The notes beneath the pieces were generated by a model, which was not told the origin of the DNA, ran no database searches, and saw nothing but the letters and a program-made list of their open reading frames with translations. DNA of 64,000 nucleotides, taken from NCBI RefSeq assembly GCF_018977255.1, contig NW_024704743.1, positions 51,958,001 through 52,022,000 on the forward strand. The letters are read 5' to 3'. Of this stretch, positions 25,753-38,199 are shown one piece after another. This DNA is from Callorhinchus milii (lineage: Eukaryota). Every line of letters starts with the position of its first letter. Position 1 is the stretch's first letter. Made by a program: the position numbers and the translations under genes.

Positions 25753-26135
25753 TAAGTTACTTGGACCACACTTAACAATTACCAAATATAAAATCAAAGT
25801 GATCCTCTCTTGACTGGACTCAGTCTACTATTTTTTAAAAAATGGTATATTCTCCTGTAATATTTCTGTGGCTTTACATCATCATGACTATTCTGGCCGT
25901 TTAAGAAATCAACGGTGAAATTTGTAGACTTTTGTGATGTGTTCCTTGTATAACACATGAAATGCCACTTCATTTTTTTTATATTTGACAGTTGAGAGTA
26001 AGGCCCAAGTATTATGAATCACTTGTACAATACAAAGGTTCAGAAAAGCACCAGAAACAGAAGCTAAATTACGTTTATATCCTTCCAACAATGCAGAGCT
26101 TTTCATGAGGTACCAGGTCCATCTTTACACATATG

Positions 26136-26462
26136 GGAGTCCTGTAGCTCAGTGGTTAGAGCACTCGCTTTGCAAGTGAGAGACCTGAGTTCAATTCCAG
26201 GCAGAGGGCGAAACCTTGGGCAAGTTTCCTTACTCCACACAGAGCCTAATAATAATCCCTTCAAAAACCAAAAACAATAATTAATTGGTCATTTTCAATC
26301 TACGACTGTTTGTGGGACATTGCTGTGCGCAATTGGCTGCCGCGTTCGCCCACAAATATACAGTCAATTCACTTTGCAGTATGTTCTGTGAAGCGCTTTG
26401 GGACGTCCTCCCGACGTGAAAAGCGCTATATCAAATGCAAGGATTATTATTATTATTATTAT
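26136..26462 (+). mobile_element. tRNA-Ala-like Deu-domain SINE, type B variant with L2-matching 3' loop
   Basis: Full head to (TTA)n tail; CpG-rich; gggacgtcctcccgacgtgaaa in tail. Confidence 0.95.
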
Positions 26463-27194
26463 GGGAGAAGTGAGGGATATCTGCATTTTTGCCCAGCCCT
26501 GAGAAGATGGTGGTGTAGCTTTCTTTTTAAACCACTGCAGCTCTTAACAGATAATATTGTTCAATAAGGATTTCCTAAGATTTTGACACAACAATATCAC
26601 AATATCTAATACTTTACTGGCAAACTGTTGCAAAATCGTGCAACAAGTGAACAGGCAGAAATAAAGTAAAAACCTCAAGAAAGAAATGGATAGATTTTTG
26701 ATATAGTCTTGTTTTCAAGGAAGGGGAGAGATGAAAATCATTCTAAGTAGGCCCTGTCCAGGAGCATGGCATGACCTAGATGTTTTGAAACCTGTTTTCT
26801 TATCCCTTCCCTCATATGTTATGATGGAGACAGAGTCCCTGAAAAGTTAGAAGAAAACATATCAAGAAAGGGATGGTCTGTGACATTGGTTTCAGAGAAT
26901 CAAAAAAAATTGCTTCAATATGGCTCAAAATGGGCAGCACAATCTTTCCAAACCAGTCATTGTTGGAACAAACATAGCAAAATTATTGTGCTGAACATTG
27001 TGTCAGTTTTGCAGTCATTAACTAGCCTCAGTTACAAAATGATTTGAGTTTCGGATTGCGGGCCACAAAATAAGCTGACGCCGTGACAAGACAATATCAT
27101 TATGTTGCAATGTACTGTGAATGTGTTATTCTTTAAAAATATTTTACAAGCCCAGACCAAAACATCGAAAACAATATCATACTTGTAATAACAC

Positions 27195-27925
27195 AATAAT
27201 AATACAACAACAACTTGCATTTATGGAGTGCCCTTCGCATGGGGTAGTGTCCTGGAGCGCTTGACAGTGGCGAATCTGATACTGAATCAGAGGGAGAGGG
27301 AGTGGGGAGGTGACCGTGAGCACTATCAAAAAGGAAGGTCTTTAGGCGGGATTAAAGGTGGGGAGGGAGGGTGCAGGGCGGAGGGGTTGAGAGTTCCAGA
27401 GTTTCGGGGCATAATGGCCGAAGGCACGGCCACCGATGGTGGAGCAGAGGGAACGAGGGACAATTCGGAGGCCGGTGCCAGCCGAGTGGAGGCAGTGGGT
27501 GGGAGAGTGGGGAATAAGGTGCGAGGGTGGGAAGGGAATCGAAAATGAGTGAGGTGATCTTGAAATCGATTTGTTGAATTGGAAGCCAGTGGAGCCTGGC
27601 AAGTGCTGGCGTTATGGGGGTATGGAGTTTTGTGCCGGTGAGTATCCGGGCTGTGGAGTTTTTAATTTGTTTAATTTTGTATGTGGTGGAGGCTGGGGAA
27701 ACCAGTGAGGAGGGGATTGGAACAGTCCAGCTGGGAAGTGACGAAGGCGGGGACGAGGGTTTCGGCTGCTTTGGCTGTGAGGACGGATGGAGGTTGGCAT
27801 TGTGATGGCGGTGGGAAAAAATGGCCAGGTCAGGGAAAGGAGGTGGGGTCGAAAGAAAAGCTGGGGATTTAACCTGATACCTAAGCTGCGCATGGGTTCG
27901 GAGAGTCTGGGGGAGGTTGAGCCTG
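27195..27925 (-). mobile_element. L2-clade LINE 3' fragment
   Basis: Minus ORFs NSTARILTGTKLHTPITPALARLHWLPIQQIDFKI and TIGGRAFGHYAPKLWNS; (CAA)n tail. Confidence 0.95.
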
Positions 27926-29786
27926 TAAAAGCACTTCACAAGTAATTTCTATTGAGAGTATGAGAGTATTTCTATATGAGTGCATTTGTGCATAAATACA
28001 GGGCAAGCTCATTATAATGTGGTCATCTGGACTCAATGTTCAGAGGCCATGTTACAAGTGAAGCATGTGAAAATAGCCAAGTCATATCTCCATTGCAAAG
28101 TGATATCAGAAGTGTTTCCTGTGCAAAGCAGGCAAGTGCAGTGAGTAGGGTGCTGAAAGTGATGTTTTGACCTGACAGACTGGAAGTCAGCTATTTTATA
28201 TCAAAGGAAAACAGTTAGTTATCTTCCAGTTGGCACTGGTTCATAGGCCACCACAACTGTGTGTGAGGCCACATGATGGCCGTTGGGAGGCTGCATTATA
28301 AGAGGGTGGCATTATATCAGCAATCCATGAAGCCGGCAGTAGGAAGAGCATGTGAAGACAGGGGTGGCAGTACCAGAACTAGAGAGGGAAAACTGACCGC
28401 ATGATCCATTAAGATAAAAATAATTAGACTTGTTTAGACAGAGTTAGTGGGCTGTGGCAGGCAAATAATTTCTGACCTTGTTCTGGCATTGAATTTGGTG
28501 GATTTGCCTCAGCTTGTCTCACAAACAACTACCAAATGGAACATTGGCTGGTTTCTTCACTCCTAATATTTTATTTAGATGACAGATGAGTTCCTGTAAA
28601 ATTTATTTTCACAATACCCAAGAAATAGGAAACACCAGTGCATGTCTGCTGCTCACTTCACCTTAAAGGAAATTGTCTACAATACAGCGAGTGACCTTGT
28701 TTGTACTGCTCATCTACACATATAAACCATTGAACCTTTTAATTATTCAATGGACTCTTGCTTGCAGAATTAATTCCATATTAGAGATTGGGACCGATTT
28801 CTGAGTGAACTCAAGCCCCCAAAACTGTTCAGTTAACACTCTGACAACAGAACCTGTTACTAATGTTTCACGATCCAGTTTTAAATTTTTATGGGTTTTA
28901 TCAAACATGGTTACCACAAATAGAAAGGAACTTTAGGATAGATATTTGAAGTATTATTGTGTCTTTTCTGTTTATACAATCCAAATACAATTAAAACAAG
29001 CTTATAATACATTACTCAATACTCACCCAGGCTCAATGTTGATTCACTGAATATAAATCTTATCTCACTGCCGTGTTTTCTCTAGGTTTTTGCAGCTACT
29101 CTCACTAAAGAGTCAATTGGGTTTAAAATGCATTAATTTCAAAATAGAATTCTGGACTTATGTTACTCTGACTTGTGAAAACTTCCTTTGACATAATGTG
29201 CTTTCAAGTGAATATTCCTACAAGTCAGTGTGACATCAGTGATATACTTCCAGTTATAAGAAAGGGTCATTTCTCAAATTCTTTAATTAAAGAACCCCAG
29301 TTGAAATCATTGTTTTAGATTATCTGTTATCAGTGACAAGCTGTTGAGCATCACAGAGCATACGATGAATGTGCAGTAAACTTTGTGTTGTTTTACATTT
29401 CCTCATCCTTTCAGTTGCAAATGCTGGAACTACATCACTATTGGACTCTGAGAAATGGACAGGTCCATAAACCTTACAATGAGTAAAAGATGAGGTTGGT
29501 ACAGTGGATTAGAATTACTTTTCCACCTGGCTTAAGTGCTCCCAAAAGTCTTTTCATTATGCTCGCCTGCATGCAATAAGTTTTGGATTTTTTCTGCAGT
29601 GCAATACTATATATAATTTTGGGTAACTTGATAATGTTACTCAGAGATATCACAGGAATTTCTGTTGTGGGAAAAAGTGAACTTAGCCAGAAGATGAACT
29701 CACAACCTAGTTTCACGAGTGTAAAGAGGGTGGGGTATCCATGTCTGGTACAACCAGATATATTGCTTATGAATGTATTATATAAA

Positions 29787-30175
29787 AATCCTTGCATTTG
29801 ATATACAGTAAACTCCTAATAACCCATCACTCCAAGGGAAAAGGGCTCAATGACGAGTTATCCAGAGTGGTGAGTTAGGCATTTGCCTAAATATATAAAT
29901 AAATGGGTCCGGAATATTGACTGTGGTAGTGACAGGTTAATCCAGGAGTTATCAGTAGTTTATTGTAGTGCCTTAACACATCATTGAGGTGTTTCATAGG
30001 CTTTCACAGGATCTTATGTTGTAGTGTAGTGATGAAAGGCACTATACAAATGTAATCTTGTTGTTGTGTATTTGTAGGCAAAAGCAACAGCCAATTTTCA
30101 CACAGCAAATCTCAAAAGAACCATTAAGTGAATGATCAATTGTATCTGGGGGATTGTTTGCCAGGACATTATGGA
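29787..30175 (-). mobile_element. Deu-domain SINE 3' half carrying nested insertions
   Basis: Tail aatccttgcatttgata..tagtgcctt split by a MITE; Deu core cagccaattttcacacagcaa; L2-type tail nested at ~30030-30067. Confidence 0.75.
29806..29965. mobile_element. Tigger/pogo-type MITE (160 bp)
   Basis: TA target duplication (29804-5, 29966-7); imperfect TIRs cagtaaactcctaataac / gttatcagtagtttattg. Confidence 0.8.
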
Positions 30176-30339
30176 TTTCTAAATTCAAACGAAATGGTAG
30201 CCCTCATTATGTTTCATTTACTAACCCAAGTAGCTGTTCAACTTGGCAACTAGTTATTATGGCATTTTCAATTTGCCTCATGTTATATCTTGTCAGTTCT
30301 TCTGGTACACTGGAACTGACACTTGTTTAGAAGGTCACA

Positions 30340-30760
30340 AGGGAGCAAGAAATGTTCAGATGAGGAAGATCCTTCCGCCTATCTGATCTCATTCTTCCAG
30401 AATACCCACATTAACTTCCTCCAATTACAGCACCAAGCTATTTTTAAAATAAGTCCACCATTCTGGCCTCAACCATGCTTGCAGGGAAGATGTTCTAACT
30501 TGGTAATTGCCCAATGAGTAAAGAAATACTTTGTGGCATCTGTCCTTAAATGATTTTACAATTGGAAACCTAAGCTCTTTTGGTTTGCTGCCTTAGCACA
30601 TCTGAAAGTATTGTTCTTGGTTTACTTTCCCAATCCCATTAACATCTTATATACATCCAGGAGGTTTTCCCCTCTGAGAAGACTCCTTTCAACACTGTAT
30701 AGCGCTAGCTTATCCAATTATTCTTTATTGTTCAATCCTCTAACGTGCTCCAAATCCTCT
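30340..30760 (-). mobile_element. Degraded CR1-clade 3' fragment
   Basis: gatgaggaagatccttccgcctatc tail; minus-strand YFFTHWAITKLEHLP-like remnant; parallels 2895-3385. Confidence 0.65.
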
Positions 30761-30869
30761 TAGATGGGTCTCTATTGACACTATACAATGCACTTGGATT
30801 TTGCAATTCTATATCAAGATTTTTGTGTTGGGTTTATACATCTGTGAGCATTAAGTGACACCAGAATCC

Positions 30870-31010
30870 TTATATAGTAAGAACAATATACCCGAGAATG
30901 ATTGATGTTGACACTTGGTACCAGAAATAGAAACGGTTTCTAAGGACAGATACGGTCCTATACCCAACCACTGACATCCCTCACCTTGACAAGCACAAAT
31001 TCACCCTTGG
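30870..31010 (+). mobile_element. LF-SINE-like 3' fragment
   Basis: gatgttgacacttggtaccagaaa..cactgacatccctcaccttgacaagcacaaattcac, similar to 8140-8218. Confidence 0.5.
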
Positions 31011-31819
31011 AAATAAGATATATAAGTCTAAAAAGAATAAAAGATGGATTGCAATGGAGCCTTTCAGGTGACACTGCAAACCACAAGACAGCAGGTCGCA
31101 CAATTATAAGGTTATTAGAACCAAGTCTGTGCTAAACCTGTAACACACTCCTATAAATATTTTATTTCACATAATATCTACATGACTGAACATTTTGTTA
31201 GTAAAAGTTGTGACCTCTTACTATGTGGGCGTTTCGCCCACAAAATATACAGTCAATTCATTTTACACTTTATTCTATGAAGCACCTTAAGACGTCTATA
31301 AAGATATTTGTTAAAGCGCTATATCAAATGCAAGGATTATTATTATTATTATCATGTGTGCCACAAGTATCACAATGCCTTTATGGAGCTCTCCCTGACT
31401 CTACATGTTAGCATTCTGTTCACAGGCACGTTCTTACCACTTACCGCTATATAATCTCTGTTAGTTTCAAATGGCAGGAAAAAGCATTTTAACAGGAGTT
31501 TTGGTAACTCTCATGCTATATTAAAATGCTCCTGGAAAACAATATATTTGTTCTGAGTTTTTCTGCATTTGTGGGTTTTTTTTTTAGCTTTGGAGGCTAT
31601 ATTACACTCTAAAGTGGATTTTTTGGCACAATGAGTTTTATTCAGAATGATCATTGATATGGGCTGAATGCAATTTTTTTATTTGTAAGCTTGCGAGCTG
31701 TGACACTGAAAGAAATACTGATAGCACAGTAGCATAGTGACTCAAATGCCAGTTTAACCCCTCACTACTAAATTAATACAAAGAAAACAAAATATGCATT
31801 AAATTAAATCTAGGTTAAA

Positions 31820-32100
31820 AAATCAACATCAAGGGGACACGGCTTAAACTCAGAAGAGGGAAAGTGAGCAGACAGTTCAGATTTAATTACTTTACATAGA
31901 GAGTAATGAATATGTAGAATCAACTACCCTGGGAGGCAGTGGAAGCAGATTCTGTCAGTAAATTCAAGAGGGAATTAGAGTGCTATTTGGTAAAGAATTC
32001 AATTGAGGGATATGAGAGATAAGGGGTAAAATATGACTAGTAATGTGATAATTATCATATGGACAAAAAATGTGATGAGAGTCAATACTTATCCTATCGT
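31820..32100 (+). mobile_element. CR1-clade 3' fragment
   Basis: SRGHGLNSE.. then FRFNYFT*RVMNM*NQLPWEAVEADSVSKFKRELECYL. Confidence 0.85.
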
Positions 32101-33254
32101 TGGCTATGGAGTGATATGTTTCCCCCAATTTATTTTATTTTTAGAATATTTAAACCAGTTACACGATTATTTATTAAAATATGTTGGGGTGCAGTGTACT
32201 ATATTAATCAATCTTTTTTAATAAGAAATATATAATTATCAAATGTACACTTCAGCATATCCAATGATTTAGAAATTTAATCAATGCAAAAATAAAAAAT
32301 TAAAGAAATATGTTTAAAATACCACAAACCAGACCCCCATGTATCTCTAATGTTGTTCTAACCCAGGCTTCATAATCTTCTAACAGGGAAGACTACCTCT
32401 GGAGAAAGATGAACATTGTTTTGAATGTTGTTCATATTTACAAATTCACTTTACAAAATATCTTTCTGCCGTAAGGCATTTATCAGTCCTTGTTTGGTAC
32501 CTAAGCTGGGGTGGGAGCTAAGGCTGCTGAAGAGAGTGGAAAGATGATTGAAGGCATAGGCGTAGAGGTACGTTTTGATGCAGACCATATTTAAATGCAT
32601 ACTTTTAATTAAATCCGAATTCACTCAAATTGGGAGAATAAACAAAATATATCTAACTTGTTCCATGTTTGCATTTGATAGTTTTGAGGCACTCTGCGAG
32701 GAAGTCAAATGATCTATTTTCTAAGGGATTCTTTAATAAGAAGGGTAGGGAACAAGGACTCTATCTGGTAACAAAAGCACTTCACATTGATCTGGCAGTT
32801 TACTTCTGGAGCAGAGTTCCTGACGAACACAGGAATTCTAACAGGATTCCTTATTGAAGAATCCCATTAAGAAATGCAGTAAATTAGAAGCCAATATCTT
32901 TCGCCTTGTTATATAATGACAAAAATGCCACTGTTTGTGCCCACACACTTTTAGTTATCCACTGAAACATTTGCTTGCTCTCGCAGAATTTGCTCAACAG
33001 AGTGTAGAGAGCTGTTTTCGTTCAAGTTATTTTTAAAAAAATAAATTACTGTGCTGTACAATTTATATCCAAAATAATAAATGCAACAAGTGAGTCCAAT
33101 AGATCTGAGGATTCTTGTGGCTCAGGTAACACTATAAACTGCTCAAGCCCTTCTGTCACAGTGAGTGATTTCATCTAATTGCTCTGAACGTACAATAATG
33201 GAAAAGTAGGAACCTACCTTGAGGCACACATGGCTGAACACTGTCACCAGTGCC

Positions 33255-33705
33255 TGGCACTGCTCATTGTACCTCTGTTCCCCAACCCGTTAGTCTTAAC
33301 ACAGGCCTGCTATGCATCCTCACAACCTCCGCACCACCATCAGGGGCCGAGCATTCACTGTGCCCTAATCTCTGGAACTCCCTGTCTTTATTCCTTTACC
33401 TCATCCCCCCTCTATCTAACTTTAAATCCCAATTTGAGATTTACCTCTTCGACTGCTTCTATGGTCACTTCTCCCTTTTCACTTGCTCGGCGTCCATGTA
33501 AATTATATTATATCACACTTTTTGTACAACATTCATTGCACCGCTTACATGACAACCTCATGTGTTTTGTGCTCCTGTGGAACAAAGTCCTGGAACCCTG
33601 GAATTTTTAAATGTTAAAACTGCAATTAGGCTAGGAGCAACATACGTACCTCTTTGAGATGATTACCAAAGTGAAAGGCACCACATAAATGTAAACTGTA
33701 TTATA
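33255..33705 (+). mobile_element. Degraded L2 3' fragment with unassigned insert (~33495-33650)
   Basis: PNLWNSL..FKSQFEIYLFD; tail tttgagatg..gtgaaaggcaccacataaatgtaa. Confidence 0.7.
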
Positions 33706-35012
33706 CATTCAGGTGTCAGCACCTTCACTTCAGCATTGCTTATAGTGCAGCCAGATGCCTCAAATAATCACCCACTAGCTGTATCTTACTCACTGTCATT
33801 CACTCACTGAGTGTATTTCACTCACTCAGGGTCCCCAAGCCTTGGCTCTTGCTAACCTGCCCCTAATATATGCTGGAATTAGGTAAGCAGGATGCATCCA
33901 TCCAGGGAGAGAGGGCGCATTCCATTCTAACAATCTATCTCTGGGATTTCCGTGTCTTGGTGGAATGCCATGGAAATCTCAGTTTGGTTTGGATGCTCTT
34001 AAGCATGGTGATGGGTTTCCGCATGTGTCAGACACCCAGCTGATACTCCATAAGAGCAACAGTTAATATATAGGACAGCAGCACTGGTGCAAAAAGCTTC
34101 AGGGTGCAGAATGGCTGTAACATGTTGCGGAATCAATCAGTAGATAGGAGCTCTTCTAATGTCACCCCATCTCATACTTGTGAATGCAAATCTGTTAATT
34201 GTGCGTCTACACAGGGCAGTTTAGCAGCTCATTATTCACTAACTACTTTGGTACAGCCAGTATAAATGCCTTCAAGATGTCCTGAAGACCCTATTACTGT
34301 AAATATGAACCTGCACTCTTTAGCTCTGTATAAATTAGCATTTTGTCCTAGAGCAGACTTTTTATGGACTCGTTAAATGTAAGTAAGTATTTGCAAATGT
34401 TGGAAAATTAGTTATACACTTAAGGAGACTGCACATTGGATTTTTATTTCATGGTAAAATAATAAGCAGCCATTTATAATGATATTGCATTTCTGTGTTC
34501 TTTCAATCCCCAGGTCACAGGGATTTTAATCATGTTTAACACATAATTACTGTAGTTCATTTTGACTGTGGCTCATGGGATTAGACTCAGGGTTTTCATA
34601 AATTCAGACTAAAATGAAAGTAGATACTGATAATATTAACACCACAACGGCGGCCATAAAAGCCATTAACAAGATCAATCTCAAAATGAATGGCAGAGCC
34701 GACTCAACTGTAAAGGAGCAAAAAATTAATAAAGCAAAAAAAAGTTTATGCTATGGAAAGAACAGATTTGGTAAATTTTGATTGGAAATAGTACAGGGGG
34801 AAGGGCCCTGCAAGGCTGGGTGTTCACTTCTGGGGAGGAACAAATCATCTGATATTCTTCACTTTACTCCATGTTAATCATATCTCTTGCATACTGATTA
34901 GAGTGAGAGGTGTTGGTCAGCTCTCAGCTCTCCACTCTTCAGCTCAAAGAGAAATTTTAAAAGAAGGGAAAATATTTTAGAATACAGGAACAATGGGTGA
35001 AATGGGTATATG

Positions 35013-35438
35013 TAATAGTAATAATAACCCTTACATTTGATATGGCTCTTTTCATTTCCACAGGATGTCTCAAGGCGCTTCACAGGATTTAATGTAAAGT
35101 CTAATGGCTGTACTTTTTGTAGGTAAATAGATCAGCCAATATATACACAGCATTGTCCCACAAACAGCCACAAAGTGAATGAGCAATTTTTCTTTGGGGG
35201 ATTTGTTGGCTACGACATTGGGAGAAATTCTCTTCTCTTTTCAAATAATGCCATGGGATCTATAACGTTCACTTGAACAAGCAGACGGTCCTCAGTTTTC
35301 ATCCGAAGGACAGTATCTCCAATAATGCAGCATTTCCCCAGTACTGCATTGGAGTGTCAGCCTAGACAATCTGGGGCTTGAACCCACAACCTCCTGATTC
35401 TGAGGCGAGATTGCTACTAACTGAGCTAAGGTGACACC
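35013..35438 (-). mobile_element. Deu-domain SINE type C, full length
   Basis: Head (reverse) ggtgtcaccttagctcagttagtagcaatctcgcctcagaatcaggaggttgtgggttcaagcccc, full Deu domain, (TAA)n tail. Confidence 0.9.
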
Positions 35439-35774
35439 AAGAAAAGATCTGAGTAACCGATCCATTAAATAAAATTAGCTCTGATTAACCTGCATCATCA
35501 CATATCCTCAATTAAGTCAATTCTGTTCAAAAACTAAATGGTGATACAAGTGCCGAGGGGTCAATGTCTATTTCTATGAAATTAGTATGAAACAAAAACA
35601 GTTGCTAATTAGAGGGTTTTATATTTCTCTTGTACTCAAAACATTTGGAAAGCCAGTGACACACCCCATGGCTGGGATTAATTATTTTATTTGATAGCAA
35701 TGGATACACACAGTTATCTTATACACAGTCTAGTTCTAATGCCAGAACAATAGCTCCATATATATTCCAAGGCA

Positions 35775-35920
35775 GCAGAACCAAAGGGCAAAGGTTTAGG
35801 GTTGTGAGGGCAACTTTAGGACAGACATTGGGATGTATTTCTTTGACAGCGGGTGATCAACAGCTGGATCGGGTTATCAGGAAGAGTGGTGGAGGCCAGG
35901 ACAATGGGTATTTTTGAACT
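35775..35920 (+). mobile_element. CR1-clade fragment
   Basis: RTKGQR..GNFRTDIGMYF..RVINSWIGLSGRVVEA. Confidence 0.75.
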
Positions 35921-36624
35921 TGGTTCAATTCCTGCCTCCGGCTTTAGTTCTTGGAATTTAGATCAGTCACTGCCAATGTTTACAAGTGAGATGTTGAGCT
36001 TCAGTTGGTCCCTACATTTCAGCCTGTGAGTTTTCAGCTGGTACAGCAAAAGGGCTTTTATAGGAAAATAAAAATGGGCAAAACAGTCATGTGACTAGAA
36101 AAGAGTTTAAGTGAGACAGTGCTAGATGTTTTCCTGGAATATTTTCAGCATCCTGTATATATGAGAAGCAGCTTTTGACACGGCTGGGATCTGGCATCAA
36201 TTAGCTGAATTTATTTCTGCCAATTTACTCCCCTCATCCTTTCTTCGAAGCACAGACTCCACTGTGTCGAGTTGCATATTGTTTGAGTCTGGCAAAGCCC
36301 TGATGTCCAAGTCTGTGGACAATAGATTCAATGATTTGAACAAATGCTCCTCTCTGGAAATAGGTTTTAGCACTCAATGTGACATAATTCCTATTACAGA
36401 GAGGAGTCCTGATGTGTATGACTTGAACTCCCTGTTAAGGAATAACTGTTAGCATATACCACAATTTGGACAGCAGTTATTCAAATTCCGTAAATATTAT
36501 ACCCCACTTGTAAATGATTAAATCACTTGTAAATCTGTTGAAGTCATTAATGCTGGAAATAGGATGAACATGAAAAGGGGGGAAATTGCATCATAAGCAA
36601 GATTACTTCTGGATGTACCAATAG

Positions 36625-36878
36625 AAGAACAACAGGATATAGGTTTAGGTTTGCAAAGGGCAACTTTAGGACAGACACCAGGGAGTATTTCTTTACCTAG
36701 GAGGGTAATTAATAACTGCAACAGGTTGCCAGGAAGGGTGGTTGAGGACAGAAAGCGAGACTCATTTCAAAAACAGCTTGATGCTTTGATGGAAAGATGG
36801 TAGGGTGGATTATCTGAAGGTTGAGGTTAGATGGGCCGAAAGGTCTTCTTCATCTGAACCATTCTTGTGATCTTATAA
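36625..36878 (+). mobile_element. CR1-clade 3' end
   Basis: GNFRTDTREYFFT*EGN..NRLPGRVVE..FQKQLDALM; gatgggccgaaaggtcttcttcatc tail. Confidence 0.85.
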
Positions 36879-37354
36879 ACTATGTCACCAATGCAATGTG
36901 TTGGGGTGAGACCATAAACACCATGTTTAAAACTGAAAGATCCTTCTTTTGGGCCCCAAAGGTAATAGTTAGTTAACCAGTCACCATTTTTTATTACCAA
37001 CAATTTCATTCTCTTCATTCTCTTTCTCCCCCCTCCCCCCTCAGAAATTTGAGAAAATACAATGAAGCAATCAATTACAGCATTTAACATAATCCATTTG
37101 AATTGACTCCTGGAAGCTGGAGTGTACTAAAAAGAGATTGAATTTTCCTAGTCTTTAAATACAACCAATGTAGGTCAATCACAAGGGATATTGCAACTTT
37201 AAGGAGGACTAATTAAAATTTGTGGCTGATTTAATATAATGAGGCAGATTAATTGATAAAAAATTGATTGCGCACTTTAATTTTTCACAAACTTTCTGTG
37301 GATTTATGTATGTGTGTGAGGGGGGAGTTCTCATATTCAATTGAGATTGTGATG

Positions 37355-37420
37355 GACTGATAGCATAGTTGTTTACAGCACTTGCCTTCCAAGCAGATGG
37401 TCATAGTTTCGAGCCTCAGG
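37355..37420 (+). mobile_element. Degenerate tRNA-Gly(TCC)-like head, probably of an old SINE
   Basis: tagcatagttgtttacagcacttgccttccaagcagatggtcatagtttcgagcc shares GCCTTCCAAGCAG with tRNA-Gly(TCC); A and B boxes decayed. Confidence 0.5.
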
Positions 37421-38199
37421 GTTACAAGTCACTTGAGCCTTACAGTGATTGTTGGGAGGAGGTTTCGTCAACCGTTGGCAAGGTTTCCAGACTGGAAAAG
37501 GCGGGTAAAGAACTAAAAAGTAGATGCTTCTCACCCAGATACAAGTGCATTTCCTGTTGGCTGATCACAGAACAGCTCTGACAGCACTGAGAGGTCCCTG
37601 CCCCAGACAATCACATCTTCCTGACTATAGGAGGCTGTTTATATTGGGAAGTGTCTTCTGCTTGGGTGATGAGTTGGGGGGTGCAAACGGGCCTGGGAGT
37701 GGAAGGTTTGTAATGAATAGAAAAGAGCTAAAGTGTAAAGAAAAAGTCAGAATGAAAGCATCCAAGTCAGAAAAGCAAGTTTGTCAATTAATATTAAAAT
37801 TAAAATTAAATTAACATCCAGGTAGAATTGTAACAATAAAAGACATTTCACCAATGTCCACTTTGAACAAAATATCATGTGTTGTTTATCATGAGCATTA
37901 CATGAAACCCTTCATTATTTTCTATGAAATTTCCCCATCAAAATGCAGATTGCTCCTCAGCTGAAATAACCAACAAGCTTGCTGTGATATTATTCAGTGA
38001 GAAATATTTAAGAAGCGCAGCCCACCAAGAAATACTTTGATTCAGAGATGCCAAAAAAAAATCTTCCACACTATTGGGTTTTCCTGTGAATAGGCTTACG
38101 AGCCTCACTTTAGCTACTCACTGGGGCATCTTAAGATTTTAATTCACTTGACTAGGCCAGCAGTACCTAGCTGTTTCAATATTAGTTTAAAAAATCTTA

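Noticed and set aside
33941..33982. Short hairpin as a pre-miRNA
   Set aside because: Stem of only about 14-16 bp, too short, and no known miRNA recognised
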